From an uncultured bacterium (GTDB taxonomy: Bacteria > Fidelibacterota > Marinisomatia > Marinisomatales > UBA1611): a stretch of DNA of 62,867 nucleotides. The notes under the pieces were generated by a model. That model was not told where the DNA came from and did not search any database. It was given only the letters and a program-made list of their open reading frames with translations. This document shows, piece after piece, positions 32,374 through 42,038 of this stretch. Positions within the stretch are counted from its first letter, which is position 1; every line of letters starts with the position of its first letter. The stretch is taken from the NCBI GenBank assembly GCA_964561495.1, contig CAZLPW010000006.1, positions 1 to 62,867 of the forward strand. The letters are read 5' to 3'. The position numbers and the translations under genes were made by a program.

Positions 32374-33171
32374 ATGAGCAGTATATATAGAAAAAATAGA
32401 GATGGCTATTTTTATTATCAGACTTATGTATATAATCCTAAGTCAAAAAAGAAAGATAAGAGAATTTTTCATGCTTTGGCGACTAAAAGTGAATCTGAGG
32501 CAAAAATAAAACAGGCCAATTACGATAGAAAATACAAAAGAGCCACCAACAATAAACAGTCTAGCTTTTTTAAGGCTTGGCTTCAAGCAAATAAAAAAAC
32601 CATTCTAACAGTAGCTTTTTCTTCTATATGTACTTTTTTAATTACCCAGAATTTTCAAAAAACACAAGAAAGTTTTCCAAATGCTAAAACCAATTATCAA
32701 TTAGAATCTGTAATAATTGATAAAATTGACGAGGACTACTCTCAAGTAAAAAAAGAAGAACTTCAAAATAAAAAAATACAAATAATTGATAAAAATAAAA
32801 TAGGGGAACAAAAAGAACGAAAACAAAAAATAGTTAAAAATTTGACTATTCCCCAATATAAGATTATGCGAAAAGAACAGCTTTCGGAAGCCTTTGACCA
32901 ATGGAAAATTTTTGTTGTCGTTGAAACTATTCTTGATTCTAAAAGTTTAAGAAACATTTGTAATATGATTTCAAAAGATTATTCTAATTATCAAAACCTA
33001 GTGATTTGTATTTATCTTAACAATGATGTAGGTATGAAAATTGCATTAGGAAGGAAAAATAATTTCAGTCTTGAACAAGAAAAAGATTCATGGTTGGCTA
33101 TGTATACCTATAACTCTGTAGAAGGTGCCTTTTTTGATGATAATCCTGGCCAATATATATGGACCAATTAA
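32374..33171 (+). CDS. Hypothetical single-pass membrane protein with N-terminal integrase-arm/AP2-like putative DNA-binding domain
   Basis: 265 aa. N-terminus IYRKNRDGYFYYQTYVYNPKSKKKDKRIFHALATKSESEAKIKQANYD resembles the lambda Int arm-binding fold (LYIRNNGYYCYRDP...AITEAIQANIE). One TM helix (ILTVAFSSICTFLITQNF), then about 170 aa of unknown domain. No recombinase catalytic domain. Confidence 0.4.
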   Translation: MSSIYRKNRDGYFYYQTYVYNPKSKKKDKRIFHALATKSESEAKIKQANYDRKYKRATNNKQSSFFKAWLQANKKTILTVAFSSICTFLITQNFQKTQESFPNAKTNYQLESVIIDKIDEDYSQVKKEELQNKKIQIIDKNKIGEQKERKQKIVKNLTIPQYKIMRKEQLSEAFDQWKIFVVVETILDSKSLRNICNMISKDYSNYQNLVICIYLNNDVGMKIALGRKNNFSLEQEKDSWLAMYTYNSVEGAFFDDNPGQYIWTN

Positions 33172-33197
33172 TAAATAATTCTTTGAGCGAGGTATAA

Positions 33198-35882
33198 ATG
33201 TTAAAAAAAATAATTTTGGCAAAATTTTTTATAATTTGTCTAATTAAATCACAAAGCCCTGAACAAATCAAGGCAATAGAAAAAGTTGTCAAAAATAAAG
33301 GAATGTCAAAACAGCAGGTTATAAATGCAGCTAAAACTCAGGGTTATACTGAGGACCAAATTAAAGCTATTGAAACAAAATATAATTCTAGAGATAAATC
33401 TGATAATAATGATGCAATGAAAAATAGTTTTGATGATGATTTAGAAGTTGTGGAATTAGAAGACCCAAATTCCCCTCAAGAAAAAGAAGGAAATTTAGAT
33501 GAAGAAGAAAAATTGGAAATTGAAACTAAAATACAAGAAGCCAGAGAAGCCCCTAGTTACTTTGGTTATGATATTTTCCAACGAGATCCTTCTGCATTTC
33601 AATCTTCATCTGTTGGTGCCGTTGAACCTGATTATCTAATCGGACCAGGTGATGAAATAATTGTAATGCTTTGGGGTGAAACTCAGTTCAGGCAAGTTCT
33701 TACAGTAAATCGAGAAGGTTTTATTTTTATTCCTGAAGTTGGTCAGGTTTTTGTTAATGGACTAAACTTGAATCTACTTGAATCCAAATTATTTCGTGTT
33801 ATGTCTCAGTCTTATGCGAGTTTAAACCCACGCGGTGGAAAATCATCTACATTTCTTGATGTTAGTCTTGGAAACTTAAGACCCCTTCGTATTCAAGTTT
33901 TAGGTGAGGTGGCTCAGCCAGGAGCATATACTGTAAATCCTTCTGCAACTCTTTTTTCTGCTTTGTATTATTTTAATGGTCCTACTACGTTAGGTTCACT
34001 TAGAGATATAAGGCTTATCCGTGGAGGGAAAGAAATTAGCCGAATAGATTTTTATGATTATTTATTTACGGGGAAAAAACCTAAAGATCAAAAATTACAG
34101 CTTGATGATGTTATTTTTATACCAAAAAGAATGAAAACGGTCACGATTCAAGGTGAAATAAATAGGCCAGGAATATATGAGCTGAAGCCCGATGAAACAT
34201 TAAATGATATAATTAAAATGGCTGGAGATTTAAAAATTACGGCTTATATGAATAGAATTCAGATTGATCGTATTGTACCTTTTGATAAGCGAGAAGAGTT
34301 GGGCTTAGAGAGGGTACTTTCAGATATCAATTTAGGAAGTGTAATTAAAAACAATAAAAAATATTATTTGCAAGATGCAGATCACATCCAGATTTTTTCA
34401 ATTTTAGATTCTAGGTTAAATACTGTGCAAATTTCTGGTGCGGTTACAAGGCCAGGTAGCTACGAATTAAAAGATTCATTATCTTTAAATCAATTAATCG
34501 AAAAAGCAGATGGCTTGCTAGGTGATGCTTATTTAAAGCGTGTTGATATTATACGAATCATGCCAGATCTTAAAGAACAATTAATCAAATTAAATCTTGA
34601 AAAAGTAATTTTAGATGATCAAGAGCATAATATTCAATTACAAAATTTAGATAGAGTAAGAATTTTCAGTTTAACAGAGATGGTGTCTCGGAACTCTGTT
34701 GAGATCAGAGGTCATGTTAAAAATCCTGGCAGATATCCTTTGCAAGGCGGAATGCGCATAAGAGATATTATATTTAAATCTGGAGGTTTTGTTGATGGAG
34801 AGTTTTTAAAGAGAACCTATTTAGGTAGAGCAGATTTGATCCGATATGATGAAAATAATATAACTCAAAATATCACCTCTTTTAATTTGGGAGATTTGAT
34901 AAATAATAATAATTATGATTCAAATGTTCTGCTTCTTCCAGGCGATATAGTTAGGATATATCCAAAAACATTATTTAAATCAGCATATGAGGCTACTATT
35001 TTAGGATCAATAAAAGAACCAGGCAGTTTCACTGTGAAGAATAAAATGACTCTTAGAGATTTGATTTTGGAAGCTGGTGGTTTTGACAAGGATGTTTATA
35101 GGTATAGAATTGAAATTTCTAGGATTGATCCAAAAAATAAATCTATTGATGTCTATTCAACCCTTTCTGAAATATTTATTGATAAAGATTTTTTTGAATC
35201 ATTTGCAAGTAGCGAGGATCATGACAATATATCCAAACTTAATCCAATAATAATGCCATATGATATAGTTTTTGTAAGACCAGATCCTAATTTTTCGATG
35301 CAAAGAACTATTTCAATTGAAGGAATGGTAATGTATCCTGGAGTTTATCCACTGCTTAGTCCAAATGAAACAATAAGGGACGTAGTTATAAGGGCAGGGG
35401 GCCCCAATAGTAACGCATACCTTCCCGCATCAAAATTTATAAGAAGTGGTATTGAAGTAAAATTATCTTTAGAAAATATTTATAATGGTAAAGACGATTT
35501 AAATTCAAATTTTAAGGTTGCAAATGGAGATCGGATTATAATTGCAGGTCGCACCAAAATCTTTTCTATCTTTGGAGAAGTCAATAGTCCAGGCCGATAC
35601 CCGCATAATAGAAATAAAAGAGTCAATGACGCTATCAGATTATCTGGAGGATTTACTCCAAATGCAGACAAAAAAAATATTTTTATTACTTTTCCTAATG
35701 GAGATTCTAAAAAATATAACAGATTCTTAAATAATCCTAGGCTAATGGATAGTTCTACTATAACCGTTGGAAGAAAGCCTGATGAAGAGCCTTTTGATCG
35801 TACGGAATATGCCAAAGAACTAACTGCAATTGTTGCTAATATAGCACAAGCAATTTCATTGGTGATTCTTGCAAAAAACTAA
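33198..35882 (+). CDS. wza: Polysaccharide export protein (Wza-like Poly_export domain plus multiple SLBB repeats)
   Basis: 894 aa with a signal peptide. Motif YLIGPGDEIIVMLWGE, and repeated V.I.G.V..PG.Y.L soluble-ligand-binding beta-grasp units throughout. Confidence 0.8.
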   Translation: MLKKIILAKFFIICLIKSQSPEQIKAIEKVVKNKGMSKQQVINAAKTQGYTEDQIKAIETKYNSRDKSDNNDAMKNSFDDDLEVVELEDPNSPQEKEGNLDEEEKLEIETKIQEAREAPSYFGYDIFQRDPSAFQSSSVGAVEPDYLIGPGDEIIVMLWGETQFRQVLTVNREGFIFIPEVGQVFVNGLNLNLLESKLFRVMSQSYASLNPRGGKSSTFLDVSLGNLRPLRIQVLGEVAQPGAYTVNPSATLFSALYYFNGPTTLGSLRDIRLIRGGKEISRIDFYDYLFTGKKPKDQKLQLDDVIFIPKRMKTVTIQGEINRPGIYELKPDETLNDIIKMAGDLKITAYMNRIQIDRIVPFDKREELGLERVLSDINLGSVIKNNKKYYLQDADHIQIFSILDSRLNTVQISGAVTRPGSYELKDSLSLNQLIEKADGLLGDAYLKRVDIIRIMPDLKEQLIKLNLEKVILDDQEHNIQLQNLDRVRIFSLTEMVSRNSVEIRGHVKNPGRYPLQGGMRIRDIIFKSGGFVDGEFLKRTYLGRADLIRYDENNITQNITSFNLGDLINNNNYDSNVLLLPGDIVRIYPKTLFKSAYEATILGSIKEPGSFTVKNKMTLRDLILEAGGFDKDVYRYRIEISRIDPKNKSIDVYSTLSEIFIDKDFFESFASSEDHDNISKLNPIIMPYDIVFVRPDPNFSMQRTISIEGMVMYPGVYPLLSPNETIRDVVIRAGGPNSNAYLPASKFIRSGIEVKLSLENIYNGKDDLNSNFKVANGDRIIIAGRTKIFSIFGEVNSPGRYPHNRNKRVNDAIRLSGGFTPNADKKNIFITFPNGDSKKYNRFLNNPRLMDSSTITVGRKPDEEPFDRTEYAKELTAIVANIAQAISLVILAKN

Positions 35883-35902
35883 AAATATAATTTTTTACCC
35901 TA

Positions 35903-36973
35903 ATGTCTAAAATAAAAGAAAAAATAGAACCTCTTAGCGAAAAACCATCCAAAGGAGATATCCTTTCTTTTTCAGAGATTATACTTACACTAGCAAAAAA
36001 TTTCAAAATAATTATTTTTCTACCTTCTGTTTTATGTGTTCTGCAAATTATATACGTTCAGTTTTTAGCTGCCCCAGTTTTTATTTCCCAAGCAAAAATA
36101 TTATCTTCCTCTAATAGTGGTGTTTCTCAGGCCGCTGGTATTGCTGCTCAATTTGGAATTTCAATACCGCAAATATCAGATGAACAGGAGTGGGTTTATC
36201 CAGAAATAGTGAAAAGCAGAAAAATTTCTAAACTAATGTTAAAAAGGAGGTTTGATACGAATGAATTTGGTTCTCAAAAATTATTACTACAAATTTTGAC
36301 ATACGGAAATAGGCAGCCTGAATTTGGTATCGATACTTTGATCAAGTTTGGTGTGGGAAAGATGCAATCGATGATTGAGATTAAAAAAAATGGAAATTTT
36401 TACGATCTATCTATAAAAGCCAAAGAACCAATTTTTGCGCGAGACTTAGCAACTGCGTTAATTGAAGAACTTGATGCTCATCAAAAAAAGTATAATAAAT
36501 CTAAAACCAGTGAGGCTAGATTATTTATTGAAGAAAGGATTGATGAAACTCGTAAAGAACTAGAATCAGCAGAAGAAAAGTTGAAAAACTTCAGAGATAG
36601 GAATAGGAGAATTGAAAATTCCCCATCATTGCAATTAGAGGAAACTCGCTTGGTTAGAGAGGCCTCTGTTTTAACTGGAGTATACACTACTCTCAAGCAA
36701 CAGTTAGAAACCACAAAAATAGAGGAGGTGAAAGAATCTAATTATGTTATTGTCCTAGACCCACCAGAAGCTCCATTAGATAGAGCTTATCCTAGAAAAA
36801 AAATGATGGTAATTTTTACAGGTATAATTGGTCTATTTCTGGGTGTTGCTTTTGCTTTAATTAGGGGTTATTTAGAGGATAGTAGTTTGCATGATAAAAA
36901 TATTGTCAGAAAAGCAAAAAAAATACTTTTTAATAATATTTTTGATCTTACACCAAATTTTTTGAAAAGATAG
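35903..36973 (+). CDS. wzz: Polysaccharide chain-length determinant (Wzz/PCP family, no kinase domain)
   Basis: 356 aa. TM helices near both termini (IIIFLPSVLCVLQIIYV; MMVIFTGIIGLFLGVAFALI) flank a coiled-coil periplasmic region. It follows wza. Confidence 0.72.
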   Translation: MSKIKEKIEPLSEKPSKGDILSFSEIILTLAKNFKIIIFLPSVLCVLQIIYVQFLAAPVFISQAKILSSSNSGVSQAAGIAAQFGISIPQISDEQEWVYPEIVKSRKISKLMLKRRFDTNEFGSQKLLLQILTYGNRQPEFGIDTLIKFGVGKMQSMIEIKKNGNFYDLSIKAKEPIFARDLATALIEELDAHQKKYNKSKTSEARLFIEERIDETRKELESAEEKLKNFRDRNRRIENSPSLQLEETRLVREASVLTGVYTTLKQQLETTKIEEVKESNYVIVLDPPEAPLDRAYPRKKMMVIFTGIIGLFLGVAFALIRGYLEDSSLHDKNIVRKAKKILFNNIFDLTPNFLKR

Positions 36974-36985
36974 TTCAAGCAAATT

Positions 36986-37010
36986 AAATCAGAAATAGAT
37001 ACTGATTTTT
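36986..37010 (+). terminator. Weak A/T-rich hairpin plus T-run after wzz
   Basis: AAATCAG-aaatagata-CTGATTT followed by TT. The 7-bp stem has only 2 G:C pairs and is marginal. Confidence 0.25.
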
Positions 37011-37081
37011 AATATTAACTGGTTATTACACTAAAACCTAAAATCTTAAAAATCATCTTTCAAAAAAAATAAAAACAATAT

Positions 37082-38104
37082 ATGTTGAAAGAAAATATTT
37101 TGGTTACTGGATGTGCTGGTTTTGTAGGTTTTCATCTTTGCAAATCGTTAATTGCAGATGGATATCAAGTTACTGGTTTAGATGATTTGAATGAATATTA
37201 TGATGTTAATTTGAAATATTCGAGGTTGAAAGAATTAGGGTTGCAAAAAGACCAGGTCATTAATTCTAAGAATAAAATAGAAGATTCAAAAAAATATAAA
37301 AATTTTTATTTTTCTAAAATAAATATAATGGATCGAGAATCAATTCAAGCTATTTTTAATGAATTTTCACCACGAAAGGTAGTACACCTTGCTGCTCAGG
37401 CAGGTGTTCGATATAGTATTGATAACCCTTATATATACGCGGAATCCAATTTGGTTGGATTTTTAAATATTATTGAATCATGTAGAAGAAATAAAGTAAG
37501 GGGCCTTATTTATGCATCTAGTTCATCAGTATATGGAGGTAATAAAAGTAGGTTCTATAATGCTAAAGACAGAGTAGATTCACCTATCTCGTTATATGGG
37601 GCCACTAAGAGAGCTAATGAGCTTATGGCCCATTCATATTCTCATTTATATGGTTTGAATACAACAGGCTTACGTTATTTTACTGTTTATGGACCTTGGG
37701 GGCGACCTGATATGGCTTGTTATATTTTCACAAAAAAGATTTTAGCTGAAGAATCTATACCTGTATTTAATAATGGAAAAATGGCTAGGGATTTTACCTA
37801 TATCGATGATGTAATATCTGGCACAAGATCTGCTATTGAAAAAAACTATAAATGTGAGATTTTCAATTTAGGGAACAATAAAAGCGAAAATTTGATGAAT
37901 TTTATTTCAACTATAGAAAAACAGTTAAGAAAAAAAGCTAAAATTAAATTTTTGCCAATGCAACCAGGAGATATAGCTGAAACTTATGCTGATATAGAAA
38001 AATCTACTGAGATGTTAAATTTTAAACCTGCTGTAAATATTGAGATTGGGATCAAAAATTTTATTAAATGGTATTTATCATATCACTACCAAATCAAGCA
38101 ATAA
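37082..38104 (+). CDS. NAD-dependent epimerase (UDP-glucuronate 4-epimerase type)
   Basis: 340 aa. Motifs ILVTGCAGFVGFHL, ASSSSVYG, YGATKRANE (YxxxK), RYFTVYGPWGRPDMA. This pattern is typical of Cap1J/LpsL-like UDP-GlcA 4-epimerases. Confidence 0.7.
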   Translation: MLKENILVTGCAGFVGFHLCKSLIADGYQVTGLDDLNEYYDVNLKYSRLKELGLQKDQVINSKNKIEDSKKYKNFYFSKINIMDRESIQAIFNEFSPRKVVHLAAQAGVRYSIDNPYIYAESNLVGFLNIIESCRRNKVRGLIYASSSSVYGGNKSRFYNAKDRVDSPISLYGATKRANELMAHSYSHLYGLNTTGLRYFTVYGPWGRPDMACYIFTKKILAEESIPVFNNGKMARDFTYIDDVISGTRSAIEKNYKCEIFNLGNNKSENLMNFISTIEKQLRKKAKIKFLPMQPGDIAETYADIEKSTEMLNFKPAVNIEIGIKNFIKWYLSYHYQIKQ

Positions 38105-38292
38105 AACCTAGAAAATTTTTAGAGAATATGCTTTAAAGTGAATCTAAAAATAATTAATATCAAGTAAGTTTCTTGTTCAATTAAATCATCTTTATTTTGG
38201 CGTAAATAAAATTGTAATTTCGGGCTAAATAACCTTTTCAAATACCTATATAGTTCTATATTCAAAAAAATAATTTTCAAGGATTGAAAAAT

Positions 38293-38481
38293 ATGATAAG
38301 ATTAATATTTTTTTTATTTATATTGGTTCCATCAAGCAGTTTATTTGCTTATTTAGACCCAGGCTCATTTAGTTATTTTTTACAAATTATAGTGATGGTT
38401 TTTGTAGGTGGTATTGTAGCAGTAAAAAATTTTTGGCATAATATAACAAGTTTCTTTAAAAGTATATTTAAAAAAAAATAA
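38293..38481 (+). CDS. Small hydrophobic protein (62 aa) at head of phosphonate operon
   Basis: MIRLIFFLFILVPSSSLFAYLDPGSFSYFLQIIVMVFVGGIVAV...: two hydrophobic segments around a YLDPGS motif. ATG 38293 is preferred over the track's TTG 38284. Confidence 0.4.
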   Translation: MIRLIFFLFILVPSSSLFAYLDPGSFSYFLQIIVMVFVGGIVAVKNFWHNITSFFKSIFKKK

Positions 38482-38485
38482 TCTA

Positions 38486-39793
38486 GTGAAGAAGAAAATT
38501 GTATATGTTGGGATGAGTGCTGACCTCATTCATCATGGGCATTTAAATATAATAAATAAAGCTAGTCAGCTAGGATATGTAATTATTGGTTTACTTACTG
38601 ATGAGGCAATTGCTAGTTATAAGCGTTTGCCGCTTATACCCTTTAAAGAAAGGAAAGTTATCCTTTCAAGCATTAAAGGTGTAGACGAAGTTCGTGAGCA
38701 GAATACTCTTGATTATGTACCTAACCTACGCATTATTAAACCCAATTATGTTGTTCATGGTACAGATTGGAGAACTGGAGTGCAAAAAGAAACTCGTCAA
38801 AGAGTTATTGAGACCTTAAGGGAGTGGGATGGGGAATTAATTGAGCCAGATTATACGCAAGGGATCTCCTCTACAGTTTTAAATACTGCAATTAAAAGTA
38901 GGGGTATAACTCCAGCAAGAAGATTAGAATCATTGAAAAGATTAATAGATGCAAAGCCATTATTGAATTTTATGGAAACTCACAATGGTTTATCTGGTCT
39001 AGTTGTTGAAAAAACATCTGTTCAAAAAGGGAATCAAAAAAAAGAATTTGATGGATTTTGGCTAAGTAGCCTTACCCTTTCTACCTCTAAAGGTAAACCA
39101 GATACAGAGTTAGTTGACTTTTCTTCTCGATTCAGCATAGTTGAAGAAATTTTAGAGGTTTCTACAAAACCTATGATTGTTGATGGCGATTCAGGTGGGA
39201 AAACTGAGCATTTCCAATTTACAGTTAGGACACTTGAGCGATTGGGTGTATCTGCTATTATAATTGAAGACAAAATTGGCGATAAAAGAAATTCATTATT
39301 TGGAACTGATGTAGTTCAGCATCAAGATTCGATTGAAAACTTTTGTGAGAAAATAAAAGAGGGCAAACGCGCACTTGTGACTGATGATTTTATGATTATT
39401 GCCCGAATAGAAAGTTTAATTCTTGAGAAGGGGATGGATGATGCTATTACCAGAGCACATTCTTATATTAAAGCAGGTGCCGATGGAATTATGATCCATA
39501 GCAAAGAAAAAAGTGGGGACGAAATAATTAAATTTTGTAATGAATATAAACTATTTAAAAGAAAAGTTCCTCTTGTAGTCGTTCCTTCCACTTTTTCACA
39601 TATAACAGAGACTGAATTTAAGGAGCTCGGGGTAAACATAGTGATATATGGGAATCATTTAATTCGAAGTGCATACCCTGCAACGGTTGAGGTTGCAAAA
39701 TCGATATTGAAAGAAGAATCTTGTTCAAAAGCATCTGACGAGCATTGTATGCCTATAAAAGAAATACTAACACTTATTCCTGAAAAATATTAG
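38486..39793 (+). CDS. pepM: Fusion of cytidylyltransferase-family domain (HxGH) with phosphoenolpyruvate mutase
   Basis: 435 aa from a GTG start. N-terminal domain VYVGMSADLIHHGHLNII...TQGISSTVL (TagD/CCT-type HxGH and RTxGISTT-like motifs). C-terminal domain carries the PEP-mutase signature IIEDKIGDKRNSLFG (EDKxxxxxNS). Confidence 0.85.
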   Translation: MKKKIVYVGMSADLIHHGHLNIINKASQLGYVIIGLLTDEAIASYKRLPLIPFKERKVILSSIKGVDEVREQNTLDYVPNLRIIKPNYVVHGTDWRTGVQKETRQRVIETLREWDGELIEPDYTQGISSTVLNTAIKSRGITPARRLESLKRLIDAKPLLNFMETHNGLSGLVVEKTSVQKGNQKKEFDGFWLSSLTLSTSKGKPDTELVDFSSRFSIVEEILEVSTKPMIVDGDSGGKTEHFQFTVRTLERLGVSAIIIEDKIGDKRNSLFGTDVVQHQDSIENFCEKIKEGKRALVTDDFMIIARIESLILEKGMDDAITRAHSYIKAGADGIMIHSKEKSGDEIIKFCNEYKLFKRKVPLVVVPSTFSHITETEFKELGVNIVIYGNHLIRSAYPATVEVAKSILKEESCSKASDEHCMPIKEILTLIPEKY

Positions 39794-40932
39794 TGAGTAT
39801 TAGCCCAGAAAATTTTTATAATGTCTTACAAAAAGAAGGTGTAATATTCTATACTGGAGTACCCGACTCTTTGTTAAAGCCTTTCTGTTTTTATGTTAAT
39901 GATAATGTTCCAGAAGAAAGACATTTAATTGCAGCAAATGAAGGGAATGCAATTGCAGTAGCAGCGGGTTATAATTTAGGTACTGGTAAAATACCGCTTG
40001 TCTATATGCAAAACTCTGGTTTAGGGAATGCTGTAAATCCGTTATTATCTTTGTGCGATCCTGATGTTTATTCAATCCCTATGATTTTACTGATTGGATG
40101 GAGAGGCTGTCCAGGTATTCCTGATGAGCCTCAGCATATTAAACAGGGTAAAATTCAAATTGCATTATTAGAAACGATGGGGATACCCCATTGCACTATT
40201 TCAAATGACGATGATCAATTTGAAGAAAAATTAAAAAATGGAGTGAACACTGCCCATACTAATAAAATGCCATATGCAATTTTAGTTAAAAAAGGTTCAT
40301 TTAATGAATATAGCCCTCGCTCGGTCAATAAAAATATAAGCTCATTATTTCGAGAGGAAGCACTTGAAATAATTTTATCAAGATTGCCAAGTGATACGAT
40401 AATAATCTCAACCACAGGCAAAACCTCAAGAGAAGTTTTTGAAATTAGACAAAGAAATAATTCTGATCATGATTCTGATTTCCTAACAGTTGGTTCAATG
40501 GGACATTGTTCCTCAATTGCATTGGGAATTGCAATTTCAAGGCCAAGTTTAAAAATAATTTGTATAGATGGTGACGGGTCCCTTATTATGCATATGGGTG
40601 GGCTTTCTACAATAGGGAAAATTAAACCAAAAAACTTTTTTCACATTCTGATGAATAATGAGGTACATGAATCTGTTGGTGGCCAGAGTACTGCATCAAA
40701 AAATATAGATATGCAGGCTTTAGCAAAAGCGAATGGTTATGAAAAGTTATTTTTTGCTGAAGATACTAACAGTCTTAAAAACCAATTTAATAATTTAATT
40801 TTACAGAATGGGCCAAGTTTTTTAGAGATTAAGGTTGAGCCTGGTTCTCGAGATGACCTTGGTCGGCCTTCTCTGAGCCCTGCTGAGAACAAAGAGCTTT
40901 TTGTTCGTTCTTTAAGGAAAGAGAATCCTTGA
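39793..40932 (+). CDS. ppd: Phosphonopyruvate decarboxylase (ThDP-dependent)
   Basis: 379 aa from a GTG start overlapping the upstream TAG. N-terminus FYTGVPDSLLK. ThDP motif IDGDGSLIMHMGGLSTIG...HILMNNEVHESVGGQ. Confidence 0.85.
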   Translation: MSISPENFYNVLQKEGVIFYTGVPDSLLKPFCFYVNDNVPEERHLIAANEGNAIAVAAGYNLGTGKIPLVYMQNSGLGNAVNPLLSLCDPDVYSIPMILLIGWRGCPGIPDEPQHIKQGKIQIALLETMGIPHCTISNDDDQFEEKLKNGVNTAHTNKMPYAILVKKGSFNEYSPRSVNKNISSLFREEALEIILSRLPSDTIIISTTGKTSREVFEIRQRNNSDHDSDFLTVGSMGHCSSIALGIAISRPSLKIICIDGDGSLIMHMGGLSTIGKIKPKNFFHILMNNEVHESVGGQSTASKNIDMQALAKANGYEKLFFAEDTNSLKNQFNNLILQNGPSFLEIKVEPGSRDDLGRPSLSPAENKELFVRSLRKENP

Positions 40933-42035
40933 ACTATATTTATAACCCAGTAGAGGTTGTAGTAGGGAGTGGCTCTATAATTGAAGTTTCAAAAGCAATT
41001 AATTCAAGAAAATATATCGTTGTTAGTAGTAAAGGGTATAGTTCAAGAGGTTGGAATAAATATTTTCCAGATGCTGAGTTTATTATTGATAATATCAGTC
41101 CAAATCCAACCATAACTCAGTTGTTTGAGAATATTAAACTTTTAAGAAAAAAAAGCTTTGATATTATTGTCGCTATTGGTGGTGGAAGCGTTATTGATAT
41201 TTCAAAAGGATTAAGTGTTCTTAAAATTGATAATAAAAGCAGTCTTATAGACTGTTTAAATGGTTCTATGTCTGTATCAAGAAAAGAACATGATTTGATT
41301 GCGATACCAACTACTTCAGGCACAGGTGCAGAGGTTACACCTTTTGCAACTATATGGGATGATCAAAATAAAAGAAAGCTATCGTTACAGTCAAAATTTT
41401 TGTTCCCAAATCATGCAATTATTGATGGAGGTCTTTCATCATCTCTTGGGTTTAGGATGACTGCTATATCGGGTTTAGACGCGTTGTCACATTCTTTTGA
41501 ATCACTTTGGAATAAAAACTCCACTCCATATTCAAAGTCTATTGCATTTCATGCTATAGAAATTATACTTCAAACTCTGCCAGATGTTTTGGATAACCCA
41601 AATAGTTTAGAAAAAAGAACCAGAATGGCATGGGCTAGTATGTTAGCGGGGCTATGTATATCTCAAACTAAAACAGCAATAGCTCATTCGATGTCTTATC
41701 CCTTGACTAGCCATTTAGGTGTGCCTCATGGTTTAGCTTCGGGCATATTTCTTCGCCAAATCTTGCATTATAATAAAGCAAATGATAATACCGGAAGCGT
41801 TGATGAGATTTATAGCAAACTTTCAGATGAAGTTAATTTAGAAGAGAAGCTGAAATCATTGTATCGAAAATTGAATCAAAAAAACCTTTTTGAATCTATA
41901 AAATCAAGTCAATCAAAAGTTTACTCATTAGCGCCTGAAATGAATAACCCAACACGATCTGTTAACAATATAGTAAAAGTTTCTCCTGAGGGTATTAAAA
42001 ATATTTTAGATAATTTTTTCAATGAATATTGTTAG
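40929..42035 (+). CDS. Iron-containing (group III) alcohol dehydrogenase; candidate phosphonoacetaldehyde reductase
   Basis: 368 aa from a TTG start; the conserved N-terminus YNPVEVVVGSGSI precedes any ATG. Motifs GGGSVIDISKG, PTTSGTGAEVT; His-rich metal site (LSHSFESLW, AIAHSMSYPL, VPHG). Positioned directly after ppd. Confidence 0.7.
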   Translation: MNYIYNPVEVVVGSGSIIEVSKAINSRKYIVVSSKGYSSRGWNKYFPDAEFIIDNISPNPTITQLFENIKLLRKKSFDIIVAIGGGSVIDISKGLSVLKIDNKSSLIDCLNGSMSVSRKEHDLIAIPTTSGTGAEVTPFATIWDDQNKRKLSLQSKFLFPNHAIIDGGLSSSLGFRMTAISGLDALSHSFESLWNKNSTPYSKSIAFHAIEIILQTLPDVLDNPNSLEKRTRMAWASMLAGLCISQTKTAIAHSMSYPLTSHLGVPHGLASGIFLRQILHYNKANDNTGSVDEIYSKLSDEVNLEEKLKSLYRKLNQKNLFESIKSSQSKVYSLAPEMNNPTRSVNNIVKVSPEGIKNILDNFFNEYC

Positions 42036-42038
42036 TTT

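Noticed and set aside
32374-33171. Integrase or mobile-element boundary, suggested by the lambda-Int-like arm-type N-terminus.
   Set aside because: The protein has no core-binding or tyrosine-recombinase catalytic domain (no R..HxxR..Y pattern) and carries a TM helix. No tRNA, direct-repeat att sites, IS elements or phage genes are present in the window.
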